The notes under the pieces were generated by a model. It was not told the origin of the DNA, searched no databases, and worked only from the letters and a program-made list of their open reading frames with translations. Of a stretch of 15,215 bases of DNA, positions 6,812 through 15,215 are shown in pieces; the stretch's first letter is position 1, and each line of letters begins with the position of its first letter. Origin of the DNA: a bacterium (GTDB lineage: Bacteria; SZUA-182; DTGQ01; JAFGSM01); assembly GCA_049472315.1 (NCBI GenBank), contig JBLIRN010000035.1:1-15215 (forward strand). The letters run 5' to 3'. Made by a program: the position numbers and the translations under genes.

Positions 6812-8521
6812 CTAATTGTCCGTCCCAGTCGCCCTGTCGGCATTTATGGCATCCTTGAAATTGCGTATCAGGCTGGTATCAATGCCGGTAAGGTCGGCCC
6901 CCTTGAGATCGGCGCCGGCGAGGTTCGCCCCCTCCAGATGTGCCCCGCGAAGGTCGGCATACCGGAGGTTTGCATTGGTGAGATCGGCATTGGTCAGGTC
7001 CGCATTGGAAAGGTTCGCATAGCTTGCATTGGCACCCTTCAGTATGGCATGCCCTAAATCCCCGCCGCTCAGGTTCGCCTTTTTGAGGGTAGCCCTGTTC
7101 AGGGAGGCATTGGTCAGGACTGCGACACTGAGATTCGCACCGCTGAGGTCGGTGTCATCGAGGATCGTGCCGCTCAGTCGTGCCCCGGCAAGCTGCACGT
7201 CCTTCAGGCTGGCGCCGCTCAGATCAACCCTCTCAAGCTCGATCCCCTTCAGATCGACACCATTCAGGATGATGTTCCGCACCATGGCATCCTTCAGGTT
7301 GGCGCCCCCCAACAGGGCCTTTGACAGGTCGGCAAAGGCCAGCACCGCACCGCTCAGGTTGGCCCTGCTCAGGTCGGCGCCGCTCAAGACTGTATTGCTA
7401 AGGTCGGCATCGCTCAGATCAGCGTCCTTCACATCGGCGCCATCCAGATTAACGCCGCTCAGATCCGCACCCTTGAGGAGTGCCGTGCGCAGCACCGCCT
7501 TTTTCAGGCTTGACCCGCTGAGCCTGGCCCCGCAGCAGTCAACCGCAACGAGGAGCGCCTCGTTCAGGGTGGATTTGTACACCTCGGCATTGGTCATTGT
7601 GACACTGGTCAGATTCGCGCCGGTCAGATCAATCTCCTCCAGATAGGCATGGACCAGGCTGGCATACCTGAGATCCGCCTTCTCGAGATCGGTCTTGATG
7701 ATGACCGTGCTGTCCAGATTGGCATTGGTCAGATTGACCCCGGCGAGATCACCCTCCTCGATGATGGAGCCATTCAGATAGCCTCCCCTTAGATCGGCTG
7801 CCGCCATTTTCACTGAAAGCATGATGATATGATTCATGTTGGCATTGGAGAGGTTTGCGTGGATGCGGCTGTTGCCGCCCATATCCGCCTTCTCCAGTCG
7901 TGACCCGCTCAGGTTGACCGTGCGCATGTCCGCACCGCGCAGGCTCACCTCGGCAAGATGCGCACCGTGCATATCGGCATAGGCAAGGGTGGCATGGTCC
8001 AGGTCGCCTGATATGAATGAAAGGCTCAGGTTCGCATTGCTCAGGTTCGCTCCCTGTAAGTTGACCCCGCGTATCATTGCGCCCCGGAGACTGGCACGGG
8101 TCAAATCGACGCCCTTGGCATCCCCGTTCTGCATGACGGCAAGGTTCAATTCCGCATCCCTCAGGTCGGCCTTGTTCAGGGAGTGACGACCCATTTTGCA
8201 CCCGCTCAGGTTTGCCTTGTGCAGATTTGCATCGCTCAGGTCCGTGTACATGAGCACGGCGTCCATCAGGTTGGCGTTGCTGAGGTTTGACCCGCTCAGG
8301 TTGGTATGGTGTATGCTCGCGCTGCTCAGGTCCATCCCCGAAAAATTCGATTTGGCAAGGTTTGCATTGCTCAGGCGCCGGGTGGTGGCAAGAATTGTCT
8401 TCACCTCACCAGGGCTCAGCGGGGATTGCGTACTTCCGGCGAAGGCACATCGGGAAACCGGGACTGACAGCATCACGGCCAATACACAAAAGCCGGTAAA
8501 AATACCACGACCACCCTTCAT
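6812..8521 (-). CDS. Long pentapeptide-repeat protein (about 100 A[DN]LXX repeats) with signal peptide
   Basis: Near-continuous A(N/D)Lxx repeats (ANLSG, ADLSD, ADLTN...) from about 8380 to about 6884. The N-terminus MKGGRGIFTGFCVLAVMLSVPVSRCAFA-G resembles a Sec signal peptide. AGGAG precedes ATG 8521 (alternative start 8545). Confidence 0.93.
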   Translation of the reverse strand: MKGGRGIFTGFCVLAVMLSVPVSRCAFAGSTQSPLSPGEVKTILATTRRLSNANLAKSNFSGMDLSSASIHHTNLSGSNLSNANLMDAVLMYTDLSDANLHKANLSGCKMGRHSLNKADLRDAELNLAVMQNGDAKGVDLTRASLRGAMIRGVNLQGANLSNANLSLSFISGDLDHATLAYADMHGAHLAEVSLRGADMRTVNLSGSRLEKADMGGNSRIHANLSNANMNHIIMLSVKMAAADLRGGYLNGSIIEEGDLAGVNLTNANLDSTVIIKTDLEKADLRYASLVHAYLEEIDLTGANLTSVTMTNAEVYKSTLNEALLVAVDCCGARLSGSSLKKAVLRTALLKGADLSGVNLDGADVKDADLSDADLSNTVLSGADLSRANLSGAVLAFADLSKALLGGANLKDAMVRNIILNGVDLKGIELERVDLSGASLKDVQLAGARLSGTILDDTDLSGANLSVAVLTNASLNRATLKKANLSGGDLGHAILKGANASYANLSNADLTNADLTNANLRYADLRGAHLEGANLAGADLKGADLTGIDTSLIRNFKDAINADRATGTDN

Positions 8522-8592
8522 CTCCCTATCTCCTGCTGAACCCATCAGCTATGTGCATGGCTCGCCATCCGTAGCTCTTGGTTCCACCCCAT

Positions 8593-9012
8593 TTATTTGG
8601 GCCCGAACAGCACGAATTCTTCATCGATGTCGACCGCAGGCTGAGGCGCCGGCTTTTTTGTTTCCCTTTTCACCTTCTTCGGTTTCTCATACAGACGCGC
8701 AATAAACTCCCTTGGCAATGGCTCCCTTGATTTCAGAAGCTCCTGGGGGATAAAGATCTGGTTGCCGATACTGAGACGGTCGGGATTGATGACGGGGTTT
8801 GCGTCCGATAGGGCCTGCCAGTTCTCTTTGTTCCCCGTATACCATGCGGCGATGACCTGGAGCGTCTCCCCCTGCCATTTGACGGTATGAACATAGGCCG
8901 TGTCTCTCGGTTTCACCGGCTGCCACTCCCGTGCATCCTTGGTCAGTATGCCGCACCCCACGGTTAGCACTGCCAGGATGACACCGATCACATACATGAG
9001 CGCTTTTTTCAT
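8593..9012 (-). CDS. LysM-domain lipoprotein
   Basis: Lipoprotein signal MKKALMYVIGVILAVLTVG-C; LysM-like segment YVHTVKWQGETLQVIAAWYTGNKENWQALSDANPVINPDRLSIGNQIFIP; starts 4 nt after the kinase stop. Confidence 0.88.
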   Translation of the reverse strand: MKKALMYVIGVILAVLTVGCGILTKDAREWQPVKPRDTAYVHTVKWQGETLQVIAAWYTGNKENWQALSDANPVINPDRLSIGNQIFIPQELLKSREPLPREFIARLYEKPKKVKRETKKPAPQPAVDIDEEFVLFGPK

Positions 9013-9016
9013 ACCC

Positions 9017-10906
9017 TTACCTGTTCCTGTTCAATTGCCTCTTCATTTGCTGCAGGAGCCTCCCCGCCTGTTTGTTATCGGGGTTCTTTGTGAGCGCCGC
9101 ATCGAGGTCCTTGATCCCCTCCTGCACCTTCCCCAGCCTTATCCGCACATAGGCGAGATTGGTAAGCGCCTCGTCCACAAAGGGAGGGGCGAGTTCGACG
9201 ACCCGTTCGTACATCCGCTCCGCACCGGCATAATCCTTGTTTGTGGCATAGAGATACGCAAGGTTGAAAAAGGCCAGGGACATATTGGGATCAAGCTGGA
9301 TTGCCTTCTGGTAGGACGCGATGGCGCTGATTGTATTCTTTTCCTTGTCATACATCCGGCCAAGATAGTAGTGCCCCTGAGCGCTCTCCGGATACAGCAT
9401 GATCGACTTCACCAGCAATGCCTTTGCCTCCTGTTGATTTGTGTCCATCAGAAGGGAAGCGTGCCCCTGCAATGCCTGAGCATAGGGCGCTACTATCTTT
9501 TCGGTCATGGCGGGGGCTTTCGCCAGGATTCCCTCACACAATGAAATGGCCTCTTTGAAACGTCCTGATGAAACCAGGGCCTCTGCCTCCTCAAGAAGTC
9601 GCGCCTCCTGCCCGGGGAGAATGCCTCCCGACAACTGCGGTGCCGAGGCCAATCCCGCATCCGGGACTCCCCCGGTCCCATTTCCCTGGGCAGTGCCGGA
9701 ACCGGCCGGGCCTGAAACATGACTGCGGCCCGGAAGGATGGCCTTAATCCTGCTCAAAGGCGACACGGGATTCTGCATGAATGTGACGACAGCAAGCAAT
9801 GCCGAGGCGATGAGAAGAATCACCAGCGTTGTGATGACATGCCTCCGTGATGTGCGCCCGACAGGAATGGTCCACTTGTCTATTGTTATTTTGGATGTTT
9901 CGCCGAACTCTATGCTTTCCGGGGTCTCATCCGAATCCGACAGCGCCGCTTCGCGCATCGCGCGCTCTTCCGCACCCGCATCCCTTCCAAAGAGCCTTTT
10001 CATATACTGGGCAAGTGTCCGGTCACTCGGCTGGAAGGCACACTCGGACATGCACTGCTCAATGTCGGTGAGCATGGTATCCCCGGATTGATATCGCCGG
10101 GACGGCTCCTTGGCGAGCGCCTTATGCAAAATTCGGCACACCGACGGCGGAAGGTCCTTCTTCACCTTCTCGGGAGGCTCGTATGCCGCCTCCCTGACCT
10201 TGGCATAGGCCTCGAAGGTGTCCCCTGAAAACACCTGTGTGTTCGTCACCATCTCATAGAGAACGATACCGATGGAAAAAAGGTCCGATCGATGATCGAT
10301 GCCCTTGCCGAGCGCCTGTTCCGGCGACATATAGGCAACCTTCCCTTTGATGGAACCCATCTGGGTCGTCGAGTTCTGGTTTGCCGCCTTGGCAATGCCG
10401 AAGTCAATGATCTTCACCTGACCGTCATAGGTGATGAAGATATTGTGCGGGCCGATGTCCCGGTGAATGATATTCAGGGAATTCCCGTGAAAATCCTTGA
10501 GGTTATGGGCATAATCAAGACCCGCGCAGATCCTCGAGGCAATGTAGAGGGCATGATCGAGCCCGAGGGGCCTTTTCCTGCTCATCGACTTCTGCATGAT
10601 GAACCTGAGATCCTTGCCGAAGAGGAATTCCATGGCGATGAAATAGGAATCCTCCATAATCCCGAAATTGTATATCTGGACGATATTCTGGTGGTGGAGG
10701 AAGGCGGCGAGCTTCGCCTCATCGATAAAGGCATTGACCAGATTTTCATCGGCACTCAGATGGGGGAGTATCCTCTTTATGGCGATGAGCTTCTCAAACC
10801 CTTGAATCCCCGTCATCTTGGCCCGATATAATTCGGCCATCCCGCCTGTGGCGATTTTCTCCATAAGCAGGTACTTTCCGAATTGTATGGGCCGAAATGC
10901 CGTCAT
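9017..10906 (-). CDS. Membrane-bound Hanks-type Ser/Thr protein kinase with C-terminal TPR repeats
   Basis: Kinase motifs IATGGMAELY, IAIKR, HRDIGPHN, DFGIAK, GKVAYMSPEQ, DLFSIGIVLYEM. TM helix VITTLVILLIASALLAVVTFM. TPRs such as AQGHYYLGRMY..AIASYQKAIQLDP and AFFNLAYLY..AERMYERVVELAP. Confidence 0.95.
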   Translation of the reverse strand: MTAFRPIQFGKYLLMEKIATGGMAELYRAKMTGIQGFEKLIAIKRILPHLSADENLVNAFIDEAKLAAFLHHQNIVQIYNFGIMEDSYFIAMEFLFGKDLRFIMQKSMSRKRPLGLDHALYIASRICAGLDYAHNLKDFHGNSLNIIHRDIGPHNIFITYDGQVKIIDFGIAKAANQNSTTQMGSIKGKVAYMSPEQALGKGIDHRSDLFSIGIVLYEMVTNTQVFSGDTFEAYAKVREAAYEPPEKVKKDLPPSVCRILHKALAKEPSRRYQSGDTMLTDIEQCMSECAFQPSDRTLAQYMKRLFGRDAGAEERAMREAALSDSDETPESIEFGETSKITIDKWTIPVGRTSRRHVITTLVILLIASALLAVVTFMQNPVSPLSRIKAILPGRSHVSGPAGSGTAQGNGTGGVPDAGLASAPQLSGGILPGQEARLLEEAEALVSSGRFKEAISLCEGILAKAPAMTEKIVAPYAQALQGHASLLMDTNQQEAKALLVKSIMLYPESAQGHYYLGRMYDKEKNTISAIASYQKAIQLDPNMSLAFFNLAYLYATNKDYAGAERMYERVVELAPPFVDEALTNLAYVRIRLGKVQEGIKDLDAALTKNPDNKQAGRLLQQMKRQLNRNR

Positions 10907-10952
10907 GACGTAAAGCAGAATCCTCCATGTTCAATGAAGATATAGTGTATTG

Positions 10953-10961
10953 ATTGTACCA
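10953..10961 (-). promoter_or_regulatory. Possible extended -10 sigma70-type element upstream of the kinase
   Basis: The minus strand reads TGGTACAAT (TGn-TACAAT) about 47 nt upstream of ATG 10906. No clear -35 element, and the motif is short enough to be chance. Confidence 0.25.
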
Positions 10962-11500
10962 ATGCCTTTCCCCCGCCGGGGCACCGGTTTTCTCGCACAC
11001 CACCACTGTGGAATCCTAATGTATTCTTCGGCTGGAATTCCATAATAATTCAGGCTATTGGATACACTGTCTGGGTATTCGAGGTATGGCCCTTGTCCTA
11101 CCCATGAATCAGGTCAAGAGGTCAGCAATACCTATTTCGATGGGCATGTAAAAAGGTATGGGTCACCGGGAAACATCCGGCATAGCGTATAGATTTAATG
11201 GGGATATTTTCAGGATATTATCAGTCTTTTGATTCAAGATGACTTTTTTGCGGCGCCATCAATTTCGGCATTGCCTCCTGATGACCAGACCTGTTTATGC
11301 TCCTTGACCAAAGGTTAAAAATGGAATTGCCGGTTTTTACTGTAAGTGGGTCATTGGGAGTTGCTCTCGGAGTATAGGGGGAAGGGTACGGGTTTTTTCT
11401 TCACCCGTGCGCTACGCGTGCTTTTTATAGGGGCACATGAAGGAGCGTAGCGGGGATCGACCGCTGATCGATTATTCTTGCTTACGGTGCAGGGACACTG

Positions 11501-12235
11501 CTATGATGGGTTCCCATTTTTTATATAGAATCTCATCTTTGTTTTGCCGACGCTGACAACATCACCATCGCTCAATGCCCGCTCCTCCTTCACCTCTTGA
11601 CCGTTCACCCTAGTCATGCACCCGCCCCCTGAATGGGTGATGAAGTAGCCATCAAGCCTTCTGCTTATGATGAAGGCGCGCTTACCCACGAAAAGTCCCG
11701 TCAGGCGCAGGTCGGTGTCCTTTCCCTTCCCTGCAATGGTTATCCGCCTGGTAAGCTCGATGTTCTGCTGTCCGTCTCCCCCTTCAATGAACATGATCCC
11801 GGCCTTGTAATCTTCGGGCATCTCCAGTGTATTCCTGTATTCTCCCGCCGGTTCACCGATCAGTTCCCGCTGCTTCCTGGTATCCAGGATGGCGGTCTTT
11901 TCCGTGAGGGGTATGTCGACATCCTGGTCCATTACCTCGCTGATACCTGCCTCCTCGCTGAAAACAAGGGTGTGTTTGCCGATCAGGATCTCATCCCCGT
12001 CCTTTAGAACGTATTTGGACACCTTCTTGTCGTTGACAAAGGTACCATTCAGGCTGTCGAGATCCTCCAGGACATAATCCCCTTTTTCCTGTGAAATCCG
12101 AGCGTGCTGGCGTGACACCGCAAGGTTCTTGATTGGTATGTCGTTTTGTTCCACCCTGCCGATGGTCATAATGGATTTTGTTATCAACACCTCCCTGAGT
12201 GCGGCATCCCTGTATTTTACAATCACCTTCGCCAT
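11501..12235 (-). CDS. Dual FHA-domain protein (canonical N-terminal FHA, degenerate C-terminal FHA)
   Basis: FHA1: TIGR..VSRQHARI..LEDLDSLNGTFVND..LKDGDEILIG. FHA2: TIAGK..TRVNGQEV..LSDGDVVSVG. ATG 12235 has an AAGGGAG RBS and overlaps the phosphatase end by 13 nt (track start 12286). Confidence 0.92.
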   Translation of the reverse strand: MAKVIVKYRDAALREVLITKSIMTIGRVEQNDIPIKNLAVSRQHARISQEKGDYVLEDLDSLNGTFVNDKKVSKYVLKDGDEILIGKHTLVFSEEAGISEVMDQDVDIPLTEKTAILDTRKQRELIGEPAGEYRNTLEMPEDYKAGIMFIEGGDGQQNIELTRRITIAGKGKDTDLRLTGLFVGKRAFIISRRLDGYFITHSGGGCMTRVNGQEVKEERALSDGDVVSVGKTKMRFYIKNGNPS

Positions 12236-13104
12236 GATCGTTCTCCCTTTCCCTTGTGCACTGCCCCTGTGCCTCTTCGGCACCATTGCTTCACTGCGCC
12301 GATTCGGGACAGAATCGCCCTCCCAAGCCCCCTACCCCTTTCCACATCCTTACTGCAATACAACAAAACGACCGTGATATTATCCCTGCCCCCATTGCTG
12401 TTCGCCTTGTTCACCAGTTCCTGGCAAGCTTTCTGCGGATCATCCCCGTTTCCGAGGACGATATCCAGTATTTCCCCCTCGCTGACCATATTGGTGAGGC
12501 CGTCCGTGCACAGGAGTATCCGGTCGTGATCATGCAGCACCTCTTCATCCGCATCGATCTCTATCGTATCGCCGATGCCGAGTGCCCTGGTGATGATGTT
12601 TTTGTGACTGGAGTGCTCCGCCTCCTCCTTGGTGATGAGCCCCCGCTGCACCTGTTCCTCGACCATGGTGTGATCCCTGGTCAACCGCTCAAGGCGCCCC
12701 TTGCGTATGCGGTAAATCCGGCTGTCACCCACGTGGACGAGGGTCATGACATCGCGATTGATGAGCACCGAGGAAATGGTCGTGCCCATGCCCTGGTGTT
12801 CCGACTGATGTTGCCCTGCCTCGTATATGGCGGTATTGGCCAGCCTGATCCCGCTGAGCATCCGGTTGGTATTGAGGGAAAACTCCTCCTCATACTCACC
12901 CACCAGGGTATCATCCGTGGTATTCAGGTGATTCTCGATGACGTTCCCGGCCATCCTGCTTGCAACCTCCCCTGCATTATGACCGCCCAGACCGTCGGCC
13001 ACCAGGAAGAGACCCATATCCTCGGCAATGATATAGTGATCCTCGTTGATATCCCGGGTCCTTCCGGTGTCCGTTGCCGCCCCGACCTTGATCCGAAACC
13101 CCAT
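12223..13104 (-). CDS. PP2C/PPM-family Ser/Thr protein phosphatase (Stp1/PrpC type)
   Basis: Motifs GRTRDINED, VADGLGGHNAGEVAS, GMGTT, HVGDSRIY, NIITRALG, LLCTDGLT, GGRDNITVV; GGAGG RBS. Confidence 0.96.
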   Translation of the reverse strand: MGFRIKVGAATDTGRTRDINEDHYIIAEDMGLFLVADGLGGHNAGEVASRMAGNVIENHLNTTDDTLVGEYEEEFSLNTNRMLSGIRLANTAIYEAGQHQSEHQGMGTTISSVLINRDVMTLVHVGDSRIYRIRKGRLERLTRDHTMVEEQVQRGLITKEEAEHSSHKNIITRALGIGDTIEIDADEEVLHDHDRILLCTDGLTNMVSEGEILDIVLGNGDDPQKACQELVNKANSNGGRDNITVVLLYCSKDVERGRGLGRAILSRIGAVKQWCRRGTGAVHKGKGERSWRR

Positions 13105-13289
13105 TATCCCTCCGTTGCCGCATCAGGACACCGGTGAGCCATGGACGTTTAAAAATCCATGAACAAAGACCGGAAGGCCGCCTGACTGCGGCACCACGAT
13201 AAGAATTACCACTATTTACATCGTCATATTCGCGGGATATTATTCGGTTCTTCACATGCTGCAAGGCGTGTATATGAATGAAGGTGGGT

Positions 13290-15215
13290 TTAGTACTCGT
13301 ATGCCCCCATATCCGAAACGGCGCTGCCATCCCCATCGCCGTCCCGAGGCCTCACCGCGCCATCCCGGTCATCCGTGATCAGGGAGTCGGGCTTGCCCGC
13401 ATCGATACACGGAGAGCCTTCCTGGAGACGGAAGTTCCCTCCGGTTGGATTCATGAACAGGGGATCCTGGTTAATCGTGTGTGACTCAGGATCGGTATAC
13501 TCTGACTGCCCGATGTCGGAATAGGTAATGGTTGGAATGCTCCCGTTCAGCACCAGCTCTTCGGCAGAATCACCCCACAGGATGGAGCTTGTTATCGAGG
13601 GCGCTGAGAATTCATTGGAAGAATAGATCCCCCCGCCGCCGGCCGCTGAATTCATCCCTATGGTGCAGTGGGTGATAAGCGGCGATGCAGAGGAGAGACA
13701 GATTCCCCCTGCCCTGCCGTTTTCCCCGATTGCATGGTTATCCGCAATCACGCAATTGATGAGAGTCGGGGATGCAGAGTTTATGCGCATCCCGCCCCCG
13801 TACCCGGTCTCCGCGATATTCCCGCGTATCGTGCAATTGGTGATGGCCGGGGATGAAGTATGACAGAATATCCCCCCTGCATTGATATGGGCTGTATTGT
13901 TGCTGATGACGCAATACGCAATCTGTCCCGATGATGACTCTTGATAGTAGATCCCCGCACCATATTCCGCGCTGTTGCCCTGCACCGTGCAGTAGGCGAT
14001 CGCCGGGGATGCCGAGCGTATGCGTATCCCTCCGCCCCATACGGTTGCGGTGTTGCCCGTGACGATACAACGGGTTATGGTCGGGGATGTGCCGGGATTG
14101 CACGTGATCCCCCCGCCGTATTCCGCCCTGCCGTTTTGCAGCGTGAATCCGCTCAGCACCGTATCTTCACCCTCCACGCCCGTGAAGACGACCACGCTTC
14201 CCTGCTGATTCGCATCGATGACGGTGGTTTCAACAATATTCGTATCCCACGGGGATGTGCTGGTTATGGTTATGGCCTTCCCCAGGGGATCGATACACTC
14301 CGTGTACACCCCGGGGGAGACCAGGATCACGTCCCAATCCACCGAGGCATCGATCGCCCCCTGGATGGTCGCATACCCTGAAGGAACGGGGAGTATGGCG
14401 TGCGCATACTCGTAGGCCCCCATATCGTATTCCGCACCCACCGGCCTCGGTATGCCCTCCTTGTCGAAGGCAGAGGCCCATACCCCCGCGCCTGCGTTTA
14501 TACACGGAGAACCACCCTGGAGGTGGAAATCGCCCGCATTGGGATCGACAAACAGGGGATCCGCATCGATGGAATGGTTTGTCCCCATGTCGCCGTATCC
14601 CCCCTGGACATCGGAGTAAACCACATGGAAGACGCCGCCGCCGTTGATCTCACCGGGTGCGTCATTCCACAGGATACAGTTGCCGATCACGGCGGTGGAA
14701 TCCGGATCATCGCAATAGATGCCGCCACCCAGGTTGCCCGCCCAGTTCTCACTCACCGTGCAGTTGGTGATGACCGGCGAAGCAGCCACATGACAGTACA
14801 TCCCGCCGCCAAAACCCCAGGCGGCTGCCGATGAATTCCCTATAATGGCGCAGTTGATGATGACCGGAGAAGACTCCTTGCAGCGTATGCCTCCGCCGCC
14901 ATTGGTGACGGTATTGCCACGTATATCACAGTTCATGATCCGCGGCGATGAGTGTGAGGTGCACGATATCCCGCCGCCCATGATCCCGCCGTCATTGCCG
15001 GTAATGGAACAATTGCTGATTTCTGGAGAGGAGAAGAACGAGCAGTTGATTCCGCCGCCAAGGCTTGTCGACGAATTCCCTGTGATGGCGCAATTGACGA
15101 TGGCCGGGGAAGACTCTTCACAGTGTATGCCGCCACCCGCGTAGGCGGCGGTGTTGCCGCTTATATCGCAATTCACGATCCGTGGCGATGAGTGTGTGGT
15201 GCATGAAATCCCGCC
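13290..15215 (-). CDS. Right-handed parallel beta-helix (pectin lyase-like) repeat protein, 5' end truncated; two modules each ending in a choice-of-anchor-Q-like DMGAYEY segment
   Basis: The frame stays open to the right edge (GGISCTTHSSPRI precedes the track start at 15176). Repeated units GGGIxCxxSSPxIxNCxIxGN. Two copies of F[HR]LQxGSPCI[ND]AG...D..G..RP...DMGAYEY. TIQGAID..DVILVSPGVYTE caps the second module. Confidence 0.9.
   Translation of the reverse strand, partial: GGISCTTHSSPRIVNCDISGNTAAYAGGGIHCEESSPAIVNCAITGNSSTSLGGGINCSFFSSPEISNCSITGNDGGIMGGGISCTSHSSPRIMNCDIRGNTVTNGGGGIRCKESSPVIINCAIIGNSSAAAWGFGGGMYCHVAASPVITNCTVSENWAGNLGGGIYCDDPDSTAVIGNCILWNDAPGEINGGGVFHVVYSDVQGGYGDMGTNHSIDADPLFVDPNAGDFHLQGGSPCINAGAGVWASAFDKEGIPRPVGAEYDMGAYEYAHAILPVPSGYATIQGAIDASVDWDVILVSPGVYTECIDPLGKAITITSTSPWDTNIVETTVIDANQQGSVVVFTGVEGEDTVLSGFTLQNGRAEYGGGITCNPGTSPTITRCIVTGNTATVWGGGIRIRSASPAIAYCTVQGNSAEYGAGIYYQESSSGQIAYCVISNNTAHINAGGIFCHTSSPAITNCTIRGNIAETGYGGGMRINSASPTLINCVIADNHAIGENGRAGGICLSSASPLITHCTIGMNSAAGGGGIYSSNEFSAPSITSSILWGDSAEELVLNGSIPTITYSDIGQSEYTDPESHTINQDPLFMNPTGGNFRLQEGSPCIDAGKPDSLITDDRDGAVRPRDGDGDGSAVSDMGAYEY

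Noticed and set aside
6812..8521. Qnr/MfpA quinolone-resistance call, or a CRISPR/DNA tandem array from the 15-nt periodicity
   Set aside because: The protein is far longer than Qnr/MfpA and has a signal peptide. The periodicity is degenerate and explained by pentapeptide coding, with no repeat-spacer structure.
10794..11006. 70-aa minus-strand ORF upstream of and overlapping the kinase start
   Set aside because: It overlaps the kinase out of frame by 113 nt and has no recognisable features.
9017..13104. T6SS PpkA/PppA/Fha regulatory module
   Set aside because: No type VI secretion structural genes are in the window, and the dual-FHA and kinase-TPR architectures do not specifically indicate it.
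3493..13137. Long plus-strand ORFs (e.g. 4377..5087, 5558..6265, 7029..7646, 8900..9544, 10292..10831, 12256..13137)
   Set aside because: Each lies antisense to a well-supported gene and lacks motifs, as is typical of shadow ORFs in GC-rich DNA.
12977..13336. 119-aa minus-strand ORF bridging the beta-helix gene and the phosphatase
   Set aside because: It overlaps both flanking genes out of frame and has no motifs.

Overview
All well-supported genes lie on the minus strand, and the gene content suggests an anaerobic Desulfobacterota/deltaproteobacterium-like organism (inference). There are three blocks. (1) 1..6331 is a tightly coupled respiratory operon behind a strong sigma54 (-24/-12) match with candidate activator sites. 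It encodes an 8-heme membrane-anchored cytochrome c, an FdnI/HydC-type cytochrome b, a membrane-anchored 3-heme cytochrome c, an exported NHL beta-propeller and a giant multiheme cytochrome. The giant cytochrome is missing from the ORF track because it runs off the left edge. By hand translation it is 824 codons with no stop and 20 CxxCH motifs so far. Its C-terminal part is head-to-tail ~163-aa tetraheme modules whose motif order matches the Geobacter nanowire cytochrome OmcE as I recall it, making it a candidate covalently concatenated nanowire. (2) 6812..13104 is a Ser/Thr phosphosignalling module (PP2C phosphatase, dual-FHA protein, membrane Hanks kinase with extracytoplasmic TPRs), followed by a LysM lipoprotein and a very long, apparently exported pentapeptide-repeat protein. 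(3) 13290..15215 is the 3' part of a Cys-rich parallel beta-helix protein with a duplicated module. I saw no RNA genes, CRISPR arrays or mobile elements.
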